DNA of 59,304 bases, filler included, from Catajapyx aquilonaris (taxonomy: Eukaryota), in assembly GCA_000934665.2 (NCBI GenBank). It is 2 parts of 2 records of this genome, joined end to end, with 100 filler letters (N's around TTAATTAATTAA, not from the genome) between each part and the next. Parts side by side here need not be neighbours in the genome. Positions count along the whole stretch, not along the records: positions 1 to 29,635 come from JYFJ02004770.1; 1 more part is not named here. One strand, written 5' to 3'. Position 1 is the stretch's first letter. Each line of letters opens with the position of its first letter. A program made the translations under genes and the position numbers. Positions 12,301 through 23,335 of the stretch are shown one piece after another. The notes beneath the pieces are model-generated. The model saw only the letters and a program-made list of their open reading frames with translations. It ran no database searches and was not told the origin of the DNA.

Positions 12301-14858
12301 TTATTTTTCTGGTATTTTCAAAAGTGAGTGGCATCAGGTCAAGTACAAAAGGAAATCCCTCCAGCTCCAGGCAAGTTCAATCTTTCCAGCCAATCAAGCT
12401 GCAGCATCCAATCAACACCCCCCTCTGGATTGGACCGGTCCATTTCTGGCCGCTATCCGCTAACTAGCTATTGCTTATTTGTCTCCCAAATTTTAGCTTG
12501 AGATCCGCTAGATTTAATTACAATCGGGATTATATGCACTAGTTGTACAGATTATGTACACTTTACGTTTTATGTAGGCTAATTACAGGTCATTAGAGGG
12601 TCAATAGCGTTTAGTTGAAATCGCTGCTACTTTTTAGAACTGTTTTGTAGGCAGCGGTAGGAATGCGCTCGCTGTTTTTCCGAAGCGGCGGTTCGAACGC
12701 TCCCAAGATGGCCGCCTAGTAACTGCTGTACTTGCATTACCTTCCGTTTAATCCTGTTTGCTCATTACTGAGGGAACACCGGATGCTGTGAACGTCGTTT
12801 CGGATTCGTCTGGACACTGGTCATTGCTGACCACTCAAGAGCGGACAGTGCGGGTAAGAAACTGCGGTCAAAGGTCATGTCTTTGTGTGGAGCGTGGGCG
12901 TCGACCAAACGACGCAGGCGTCGTTGCCAATGGCCACCTATTAAAGACGCATGACGTCTTAGATTGATGGGGGGGGGTTTGCCTGGACGGATCGAAACTT
13001 ACGCAACCTGTGGAGCCCTGGAAGCTGCGCTGGACCACTACTGCTGGAGACCGTGCTGGAGACGACTGAGAAGTGACTGGTACGCTTGCTCTCAATTTGT
13101 GTGAAATAAGGTGCTTGTAAGTACACACACACAAACATACGGGCTTAATGCCACTTAAAATTAAGCTGGTTGCAACTGCCCAGCAGACCATACTTAACTA
13201 GCGTGCTCTAATTAGCCACCAAAATTTAATTACTGGTTCAATTATCCATTATTGGTTCAATTACTGGTTCAATTATCCATTATTGCTGGTTCAATTACTG
13301 GTTCAATTATCCATTATTGCTGGTTCAATTACTGGTTCAATGTTATTGAAAACTGGTGCTAGTAAGTACACGTACAAATCTATGCGCTGTTTTAAATGCA
13401 TCTTAAAACCAAAGCAGGTTGCCACTGGCCAGGCCATACTTAATTAGCATGCCCTAATTAGCTGCTATTAATTACTGGTTCAATTGTAAAACCTGGTGCA
13501 AGTATACATGTACAAATCTACACTGTTTTAAATGCAACTTTAAAATTAAGCTGGCTCCAAATTGGCCAAACTGTAATTAGCATGCCCTAATTAAGTAATT
13601 AGCTGCTAATATTATTACTGGTTCACTTATTGTAACTAACATGCTGGCAATACTGTAGGGGGGCTACAATACTTAACACCAATATAAATTTAATCAAACA
13701 ATTATTTTAAATTGAATCCTCAAATTATTTTGAATTATTAACAATAAAATAATAAGACAATGAAGATAACAGTAAACAATAATAAATTAAATTAAATTAT
13801 TTATTAGACCCAAACAAACCATACCAATATATTAATGCTCTAATAATTATCCACTATTAATAATTACTGGCTCAATAATGAAAAACTGGTTCTAGTAAGT
13901 ACAGGGACATGCCTACAGTATAGCACGTAACATCATTTTCAACAAGGCACACTTAATACATCCTAATTAGCAGCCAATTGTTAATTACTGGTTCAAATGT
14001 GAAAAACTGGTTCTAGTGAGTACCTGGATAATGCTTTTATGCCACCTAACATCATTATGTTCATTGCAATTAATTGAACAAACTGTACTAATTAATGCCC
14101 TAATTAGCATCCACTGGTTAACAACCACTATTAGTGTGCATAATTATGTATTGTTTGTTGTCACTTGTATGTTTGTTACCTGAGACGCATTTTTCAACTG
14201 TAGCGTCTGAAGGAGTAGACTATGTGCTTGATTTATTGATTGATGCAAGCCTGCTCATGCGTGACGGGTAAGTGACAGAAATAAACTTGCTGCGTAGAAT
14301 AAAGCCGGTTCCCACGCACAAGTTTGTCTGCTGAAAAGGAAGCTAGTCGCATTACAGGCATTGCGATTGATACGTGCAATCGTTGTTCATTGCTTGTACT
14401 GGTAAATGTCACGGTGTGTATTACACAATTATTGGAAAGATGATCCGCAATTAACATGTAAGCTTAGATGGGTAGTTCATTTCCAATTGTCATCGCACTT
14501 TCAGTACGCAGGCTGTTACAATGAATAACGTACCATATGATATAACACTGTGTCATATATTGGAGGTAACGAGTTTGAATTGCCGACCGAACAAATTAAT
14601 ATGATGCACTCTGTACATGTAAAGAGTTTCAGGCTTTATCGCAACATATGCGGAACTGATTCCATATGTTAATGCCACTTGTTCACCTCTCCAGTTAATT
14701 ATTGTTAATACTTTTAATTACAGATTGCCAACCTCGAAAAACCTCGGACTGAGCTGAAGACTGCCAACAACATTGTTCCTTAAAATATTGGTAAGTAACC
14801 GCCATTTGCCAGTGTCGACATGTTCAATTGTTAATTTTTGTTTCCATTTTTGTAGACC

Positions 14859-16367
14859 ATGCCTCGCAGGAAGCAACCCGAAAGTCTGAAAGATCTGAGC
14901 CTCCAGTACGTCGCATACAATGCGTTCCTGATGTGTAAGAAAAAGTGTGACCGCAAAGAGATTCGTAAGTACGTCGAGGTCATCCCTTCGACCATCTCTA
15001 ACGAGTACACAGTTAACCTCTTGCTAATCACAACGGATTCATTCACTCGTGGAGAAGTGGACATCACGGCTGCTTTCCACCCGAAATGCACCAAGATTAA
15101 CTTTGAGAACACCAGCTTCTGCATGCCTCCGCAGCTGTACTTCCAGCTATTTGCGAGCATGGACACGATGGGGGAGCTGGAGTACTTGAAGACCAACTTC
15201 TTCGACGTGGACAGCAAAGAGTCGGCCAAGCACATAGTCATGGAGTCACGCGATTTTTTGAAGATGCGTAAGCTGCGTGTGCTCCGCATGTTCTTGCGCC
15301 ACGAGCCAAACCTGATATCCGACCTGGCCGACAACAGTCCCAATTTGGAAGAGATTGAGATATACGACTCCCAGATAGTCGACCTGCTGTTGTTGGACAA
15401 CTGCGCTAAGCTCAAGAAGATTTACATTGACGACATACTTCCATCCAACATTGCACTGCACTTGCTCGATACTCATCGCCACCTGGAGTACCTTCACATC
15501 AGCGACGTGGACGAGCTGCTGGGGATGGTCACCAGGACCTATCCGCTGAAGGGGTTTGGAAATGCGCTGAAAAAGTCAAGCCCTGCTGCTTTAGCTAAGC
15601 TGCTTGTCCATTTCCCGGAGCTTGAGGAGTTGAAGCTGTTTCTTAACGAGAACACCGATTTGAGCCCGTTGAACAAGCTGGTTCACCTGAAGGTACTGGA
15701 GATTAACGAGGGTTCCGCTTCCAAGTTGGTTTGCTTGCGAGACGAGTGTCTTCCTCGCTTGAACGAGCTCTGCCTGTTTAAAGTGACAGGTCTGACGGCC
15801 ATATTCGGCCAGGAGATTAAGGCCCGGTATAAGCTGGGTGCTCTCTTCATGGATTATTGCGCTGGGATTGACGTGGTGGCTATCGGGAGGATGTTTCCGA
15901 AGATAAGCTACCTCCGCATCTGGCGTAGCGCCTGCTTGCCTCTGGTTCTGGCTCGTTGCAGCGATTACCCTACACCGTTTCAAGACCTGCAGCGCTTGAA
16001 CGTCGGGCAAGTACCAAAAGCCCACACTCAGTACATGCTGGCTTTCAGCAACTCCATGCAGAATCTCTACTTGGAGACCACGATCGACATGGATCTCTGC
16101 CATCTGCTCAAGATGGATTCATTGAGAGGGTTAAGAGCCCTGTCGATCAATAACGATCGGATGGAGAAAGATGTGCTTCCGGTCATATTCCAGGGTATGG
16201 GAGACGAATTGAAATGCATTCATATTCGCAGCAGGAGGCTGGAGGAGATGACCTCAGAAGAGGTCGACCTGTTGGGTCAGCAGCTGCAGATGTTCGACAT
16301 CTCCGTCTCTGTCGAGGGAAGTCAAGGCGCACTCCTGCTGTACGAGTGCCACGGATTCTCCGAGTAA
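14859..16367 (+). CDS. Leucine-rich-repeat protein (502 aa) with N-terminal BC-box-like motif; putative cullin-RING substrate receptor
   Basis: Long single coding exon preceded by an acceptor (TTTTTGTAG, exon from 14856) and an upstream UTR exon (~14724-14790). It starts MPRRKQPESLKDLSLQYV and has LRR turns such as SPNLEEIEI, CAKLKKIYI, HLEYLHI, FPELEELKL, LVHLKVLEI and FQDLQRLNV. Confidence 0.8.
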   Translation: MPRRKQPESLKDLSLQYVAYNAFLMCKKKCDRKEIRKYVEVIPSTISNEYTVNLLLITTDSFTRGEVDITAAFHPKCTKINFENTSFCMPPQLYFQLFASMDTMGELEYLKTNFFDVDSKESAKHIVMESRDFLKMRKLRVLRMFLRHEPNLISDLADNSPNLEEIEIYDSQIVDLLLLDNCAKLKKIYIDDILPSNIALHLLDTHRHLEYLHISDVDELLGMVTRTYPLKGFGNALKKSSPAALAKLLVHFPELEELKLFLNENTDLSPLNKLVHLKVLEINEGSASKLVCLRDECLPRLNELCLFKVTGLTAIFGQEIKARYKLGALFMDYCAGIDVVAIGRMFPKISYLRIWRSACLPLVLARCSDYPTPFQDLQRLNVGQVPKAHTQYMLAFSNSMQNLYLETTIDMDLCHLLKMDSLRGLRALSINNDRMEKDVLPVIFQGMGDELKCIHIRSRRLEEMTSEEVDLLGQQLQMFDISVSVEGSQGALLLYECHGFSE

Positions 16368-17397
16368 AATGTCAAGCATTTGACGCATTTAACCAACAAG
16401 TCTGTGATTGTAATCCTGTCGAGTAAACCTGACAGTGTACACCGATAGCTTTAACGTCAAACCTGCATCCGTTATAAAAGACAAAGTTTGTTTGTTTGTC
16501 TAGGTTCATACTGGATGCGGAAAGCCAGAGTTTATTTCTTTGTCCATGCCCATTGCGGAAAGGCAATGTTTGTTTGTTTGTCCAGCAGGTTCGGTTTCCA
16601 TTGCTTTGTATTATCAATCCTGATTTCCTGATACGCGCAGCCGAGGTTTGACGTTAAGAGCGATCAGAGTGTGTTGATGGCCAATGTTTCTCGTGCATAT
16701 GATCAAGGTTGTAAGTCGTTTGAACCTTTAATTTTTTAAAAAAAAACATAATGTAGCTTGTAGTACGAACATCTTACAAGTGCAGAATGCTGAAGACTTG
16801 ACCCTTCATCATATGCACACCATGTGTCGTGCCCCATTATTGTGTTCCGAGTATTTTAACAAAGCGAGTATAAAAAAAGACATGTTGTAAACATGTTGTA
16901 ACTCTGTGATGGTCCAGATTTAAAGGAAAAAAAAAAGGTGGAGTATTTTCTATGTTTTAAAAAGTGGGAGCAAAGTTTTAAGTTGTAAAACTTGTAAACG
17001 GGAAGACTGGTTGGCCGTTGGGGAGCTTAAACACAGAAGGAGTCATGCTCTAAATCATGGCATTTAAATGTAATGGATTCAGCTCAAAATAATATTGGGA
17101 TACACTTTCCCTAAAGCAGGGTACGTCAAACAGGTAGAAACTAGAATACAATTAGTGTTTTGTATTGTACCTCGACAAAATAATAATCCCTCCGTTTTAC
17201 ATGTTTTAAAAATATTCTGACTCATCTCCTCTTCAACCAACGGAGAGAGAGAATATTACCAGTATTTTGAAGAACGTAACGTTGTTACTCTGTTGTGATA
17301 AAGGAAATAACTATAAAAGTGTTGAGTATTACAGAAATGTAATAGCTGTGATGTAGTCTTAAGTCGAATAAAGCCAAAGAAATTACGGCGTATGTTC

Positions 17398-17953
17398 TCA
17401 GTTCAGTTTAAGCCGGATGGAGCAGGTGCGCAAAAGGCAATGGTATGCTCTCGTCTAATTGAACGGTAAGTAATGAGAGAACGGAAACAAAACCTATCCA
17501 ACTGGATTGCACTTTTTAATTAAATTGAGAATAAGACATTTACTCATTGAAGTGCAATGCATTTGCATTCATGTAGTGCATGCAGTGCAAAAAGTAAGCA
17601 CCAGTCTGTTTCTGTATGACTGAAGAGGAATCATACAAAAATATTTGGGATCATTGAGCTCATGTAACTGGCCAAGTGTTTAAATAATAGTTATTAAAAT
17701 ATTCATCTTATTTGAGCAGTGCGAAGGGCGTCTATTTTTTGCACATTTATACCAGTAGATATCGGTATAATTATCTCACCTGATTTTCAGATAACGGCTG
17801 GCGCCAGCGGAAATCTGTCTTCTTATCACATACAATCATCCTTTTCCATCGCAGAGTTTCACCAGACACAGGCTTGTTCACTGTACGTTTTTGAAGGGCG
17901 TGTCCTCTGTACGGTGGACAACTTATTTGAGTGAAACACCTTAACATTGCCAG
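17398..17953 (+). other. Putative non-coding 5' exons (Inr-like TCAGTT at ~17398 to donor ~17466; exon 17854-17953)
   Basis: TCAGTT followed by G/GTAAGT. The second exon is bounded by TCGCAG/ and CAG/GTAAG and is duplicated at 22591-22690. Confidence 0.4.
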
Positions 17954-18227
17954 GTAAGCGGTGTCAGCTGGGTAACTACTCTATGTAAAGTAATCTAGGA
18001 TCTATAAAATCTGAATTCAAATTTTGCATTTTACTTCTTAGGCCAATGATGAACAATATACGGTATTTTTTAAAAGGAAATGTTACCCTACTGATCAAAA
18101 TAATGTAATGTTGATGTAATTTCACATTATATGTGGCCATAAATTTGACGTACAGTATAGTTATCTCCTGCACTTGATCACGAGTTGATCACATTCTGTA
18201 CACATGCTTGCGTAAGTAATGGCATTA

Positions 18228-18718
18228 TAGTCCAGGTGCTAAGGGACAAATTTGACCCAAACTTTGCATTTTTGTGACAAAAGTATGTAACTCGGTACAC
18301 TTGTCCTTTGGACACTTCCGAACATATCTGGACGTGGAGCCACGATGACCCACCCCGAGGGAGGGCACTATAGCGGCGTTGCCATATCTGACAGACTGTG
18401 CAACATGCGTTTATATTTTGATAGGGAGCTTGCATTCGGTGACAAAGCCATAAAACTTGGTACGCTAGTTCTTTGGACACTTCCGAACATATCTGGACGT
18501 GGAGCCACGATGACCCACCGAATGCAAGCTCATTATTTAAATATAAACACATGTTGCACATTCTGTTAGATATGGCAACCCTGCGATAGTGCCCTCCCTC
18601 GGGGTGGGTCATCGTGGCTCTACGTCCAGATATGATCAGAAGTGTCCAAAGGACAAGTGTACCGAGTTTCATACTTTTGTCACAAAATGCAAAGTTCAAC
18701 CCCTTAGCACCCGGACTA
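18228..18718. mobile_element. Foldback/MITE element with ~190-bp imperfect terminal inverted repeats
   Basis: TAGTCCAGGTGCTAAGGG...TTTGGACACTTC..GATGACCCACCCCGAGGGAGGGCACTAT is mirrored at 18540-18718 (..CCCTTAGCACCCGGACTA). A partial internal direct copy lies at about 18440-18520. Confidence 0.8.
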
Positions 18719-19809
18719 AATGAAATGTTTATAATAATAAATAATAATAATGTAATATATTTATTTAAGCAGTTAGCGTACGTAATTCCGCATAAAGTGT
18801 AGAGATAATATTTACACAAAATAATATTCTAAATAATGTGTGACTGTTCTCACACATGGATTCCAGTTACACGCATTGCTGCTCATACTGAATTATTAAT
18901 TTATAATTTTATTTCGGGGTTCTATTACGTCCTTGGGTTTTTTGTGTAGGGGATCGGGCACTGCAGCACGTCGGGCCGGATACGTGTTCAAAATATGAAG
19001 GCTGTACTTGCAACGGTTTTTGAGATATGCTTGACAAAAAAACGTCCTCCCAACAAGAACAAGGAAAATTCTCATTGTTGTTTTTACACGAGGATCTTAC
19101 TTATAGGGACTATCGTCCTTGCTATCGTCCCTACAATAAAGCTCAATATTTGTACGTATCTTAATCTATATATTAGTTAGTTAGTTTGTGAGTTTGTTTA
19201 AGAGTTTGTTTGGATGTTTGTCCCTTATAGAAATCCAGGGGAAGGCCCCTACACCGCCTTAAATTAGCATATCAGGGGTTACTTTTTCCAAGGATTTTTG
19301 CCGTTTATGTTTCTGACAGTTGGTGTTTGCATATCTGTTGCAGGATATTTTGTCGGGCCCACGTGGTCCGACATTTATCCCCCCTGCCTGGTTGGAGTGC
19401 CGCCTGGTGGCGGGTACGTTGTAAACTATTTAAGGCATTCAACTTGACGTTTGTGCTCTGCATAATTGTTGTAATGAGAGAAGGATTGTCCTGGAAATTG
19501 TTCCTGATTTGCAGACTGGTGCAAGAACATTAGTAAATCAATTTGTGTTATGTAGTAAAATGCTTAGAGCTTTTTTTCTTATCAATATTATTATACTGTA
19601 TACAGAACTAACAATGATGAATTATTAACACATTGACTTGTTTGCTCATTTGATTTAATGCAAATCATCGATTGGTTCCGCTCTAATTGAATGGGAGTAA
19701 TCATTTTATTCAAAGAAGTGGCTCGTAAAAGATTCATGACGTAAGTGGGGTGGAGGTCTACAAGACGATGCAGTAAGAAATAGTTTGTTTCACTGAAGGA
19801 ACGCTTGAA

Positions 19810-21524
19810 ATGATCCTTCTTGCTGCGTTTATAATCCTCGGGGTCACTAAAGCGGCCGTGACCCAGGTCGACTCTGAAGGTCACCTCCTGGCCGAAGCAG
19901 TGTCCAGGATGTTGATGGAGAATGCTAAGTTGTCCAACTGCTCCCTGGCCATCCTCCACGACGACCCAGTGCTGACCGCAGGCTTGGACCTCCTCCCAAC
20001 AATGGCCGAGGTGCCAAAGGTCATCGTGTCCAGCCACGGGAACATGACAGGAGTGGACGAAACCTCACTAGTGCTTCAGAGGTCGGGCCAGTGCTTCCTG
20101 GTCCTCGTGTGGTCCAAGTGGAAGGAAAGCATCAAACTGATTGAAAAATTCGCGAGGACACTTAGGTATTTAAAAGTCATACGTGATTACATATTGTTCC
20201 ATGTGAAGGAGACACGTCGTCACGATGATGCGGTACGGGAAGAGCTCTATCTACTAAAATACAGACTTGTAATCAATCATCTGAGAAGAGAAGACGGCCA
20301 ACTCAGGTTCAGTCTGTTACAACCTTGCTACTTTTGAACCGTGGAAACTACTCAGTGACCAAGGTGGTCAACGCGACCCGGCTTGACCTCGACCTGTTTC
20401 CAGACTCGACCAGAGACTGGGGCGGAAGGACCATCCAGGTGTGCCAGAGATTGACATGTTTGATCGAGGGTCTTCAGAAGCTCTTGCACTTCAAAGCAGA
20501 GGATACCAAGGATATCTGGAGTAGCGAACGGTACTCGTTTTGCGCAATGGCAGGTGTACAACCTGAATCAAAGTTGCACTTCACACAACCGTACTACACA
20601 GAGAAGGTAGTTTTGGTGACGAAAAATCAACCTTGGAAGTTCTGGGACTACCTGCAAGCACCTTTCTCGTGGCAAGTCTGGTTGGGACTGGCATCATCCG
20701 TTTGTCTGTCAGGGGTCGTGGTTATGGTCCTGTCGGGTCAGAGGTCATCGTGGAAGGTGATACCTCCCATATTCGGACAAGGAATTGACCTGACCTGGCT
20801 GACCGCTCCAACAAAGTGGTTCGTCTGTGCATACCTTCTCTTCACACTGGTGATGACCACTGCATACACATCGAAACTGGTCCAACTAATGACCCATCCG
20901 CCTGTCAAGACAATCAAGCACTGGACAGACCTTCTGGACAACGGGTACGGATGGGGCTTTGGGAAGAGACATGACTTCAGTACCTACGCCAAAATCACTG
21001 GCAACCCACTGATGTCCACTATTGCTGAAAAGGGAGATGAATGCGATGGAGGTACCTCAGGAGAGTGTCTGGCCAAGTGTGTCGCTCGCGTCATGCGCGG
21101 AAAGTACGCCTGCTTCGTGTTCAAGTCTTTGTGGGACATCCACTGGGACGTGGACAAGATGTACCACCAAGACCAGCTGTACCTGATGGACACAGACTAT
21201 CCTGTCGTGTACGTGGCCGTGTCGACCCAAATGTATGGAGTCACGTACGAGACGCTGAACCAAGCTGTGCTGATATTCATTCACTCTGGACTGGTCTCCC
21301 ATGTTCGAAGTCTATTGTTTATAAGACGGGACCAAATTTACTTGCAGTTTTTGATGTCCAAACACGGACAGGCTGTCGACCCTGCAGGTCCTAAGGCTGT
21401 GAACCTGAAGGACCTAACACCACCTTTCTTGATGTTGATCACCGGCGTGTGCTTATCTGTCGTGTGTCTCGCATCAGAAATTGCTGTGGAGAGAGTTGGA
21501 TTGTTGATGCTCTACTGGTTTTAG
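19810..21524 (+). pseudogene. Divergent ionotropic receptor with signal peptide, 1-nt deletion at ~20336
   Basis: ORF 19810-20337 (signal peptide, N-terminal domain) plus ORF 20325-21524 (FTQPYY, APFSWQVWLGL, MTTAYTSKLVQLMTHP, VNLKDLTPPFLMLITGVCLSVVCLASEI). The paralog reads TAC TTT TGC GAC CAC GGA where this copy has TAC TTT TG- AAC CGT GGA. Confidence 0.8.
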
Positions 21525-21903
21525 TGCGTGACGAACACTTATTCACCTCTCTCTCTCTCCTGAGATAATTATTAATGTGAAATGTTAACCCAGCATCCTA
21601 TTAATCCTCTGACAAATTTTGCTTTCATACTGTAATGCTTGGAAGCATCTGGCTTATACGGCATTAATGCTTATAAAATATACATGTCTGACTATCTGAC
21701 CAGTGTTCTGTAGAGAGGAATTGACTTGTTTGCTTATTTCATTTAATGAAAATCATCGATTTGTTCCGCTCCAATTGAGTGAGAGGAATCACTTTAATCA
21801 AGGAAATGGTTGGTAAAATATTCATGACATAAGTGGGTGGAGCGTGGAGGTCTACAAGACGCTCCAGTAAGAAAGAGTCGAATTCACTGAAGGAAGGTTA
21901 GCG

Positions 21904-22558
21904 ATGAGCCTCTTTATTGTGTGCATGACCCTTACGGTCACTTCAGGGATGACCGTGACCCATCAGACCGAGACTGAAGGTCACCTGCTGGCCGAAGCGG
22001 TGTCCAGGATGTTGATGGAGAATGATAAGTTGGTCACCTGCTCCCTGGCCATCCTCCACGACGACCCAGTGCTGACCACAGGCTTGGACCTCCTCCCAAC
22101 AATGGCCGAGGTGCCAAAGGTCATCGTGTCCAGCCACGGAAACATGACAGGAGTGGACCAAACCTCCCTAGTGCTTCAGAGGTCTGGCCAGTGCTTCCTG
22201 GTACTCGTGAGGTTCAAGCTGAAAGAAAGCGTCAAACTGATTGGAAAATTCGCGATGACACTTAGGTACTTGAAGTTCACTCGTGATTACATCTTGTTCT
22301 ATGTGAAGGAGACACACCTTCGAGAAGATGCAGTACGACAAGAGGAGGATCGACTAAAGTACAGGTTGGTCATCATCAATCATCTAAGAAGAGAAGAGCG
22401 TCAACTGAAGTTCAATCTGTTGCAACCCTTCTACTTTTGCGACCACGGAAACTACTCTGTGACCCAGGTGGTCAACGCGACCCGGTTTGACCTCGATTTG
22501 TTTCCAGACACGACCAAACACTGGGGCGGAAGGACCATCCCGGTGTGCCAGAGATTGT
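21904..22558 (+). pseudogene. 3'-truncated tandem duplicate of the preceding IR (N-terminal domain only)
   Basis: Near-identical to 19810-20455 (EGHLLAEAVSRMLMEN...WGGRTI.VCQRL), with a similar upstream region (21720-21900 vs 19633-19810). Homology stops abruptly at about 22558 and no TM part follows. Confidence 0.8.
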
Positions 22559-23335
22559 GGCATTTTATCTTCACATCCTTTTCTTCGCAGAGTTTCACCA
22601 GACACAGGCCTGTTCACTGTCCATTTTCGAAGAAGGGTGTGTCCTCTGCACTGTGGACAACTGACTATTGAAACATCGTAACATTCCCAGGTAAGAGATG
22701 TAAAAAAGAGGTGCGAAGTTATGCAGGATCTCTTTCGACTCATTTCACGATAGTTTCTTTGAAGTTACTCCAGACATGAGAAAGTGAATGCCAATTACAG
22801 TATTTTTGGAGGGAAAAAAGAGAAATGACACCCCCCCCCCTCCCTGGCATTGATTTAGTGAATAGGATGACTGTTCAGTGGGTTCCACAAATCAATGAAT
22901 TTTTGAGCCATCTGTAGACCACACAAAGTGACATCGATAGAGCTGCAAAACCCGGTAAAGATCATTTCTGTTCACTGTTATCGTCTTCAAATGAAAAGGG
23001 CGGAACGCTAAGGTCAAAAATGAGACTGGGGGAAGGGGGGGGGGGGGTAAAGTTCGCCATTTGTTTCTCTTACCCTTCCTTGGGTTTTTGCGTCACATGC
23101 ACCCCCACAAATAATGTACATCGGCAGAGCTTCAAACCCAGATAAAATTCATATTTGTAACTTTTCCAGTTTTCCAAATAAAAAGACACAAAATTTCAAC
23201 CGCTTTTTGCAGGTGTTCCTATATTATGATATTTTGTACAACAACTGTATATCTCTACACTTACGTGAAACTTGGTACATACCGTCCATGACTTTTTGTA
23301 TATTCTAACTTTGTTACTACGCATCGTAGGGATTC

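Noticed and set aside
18178..18819. 213-aa minus-strand ORF
   Set aside because: It lies across a foldback repeat; the internal peptide duplication simply mirrors the DNA repeat.
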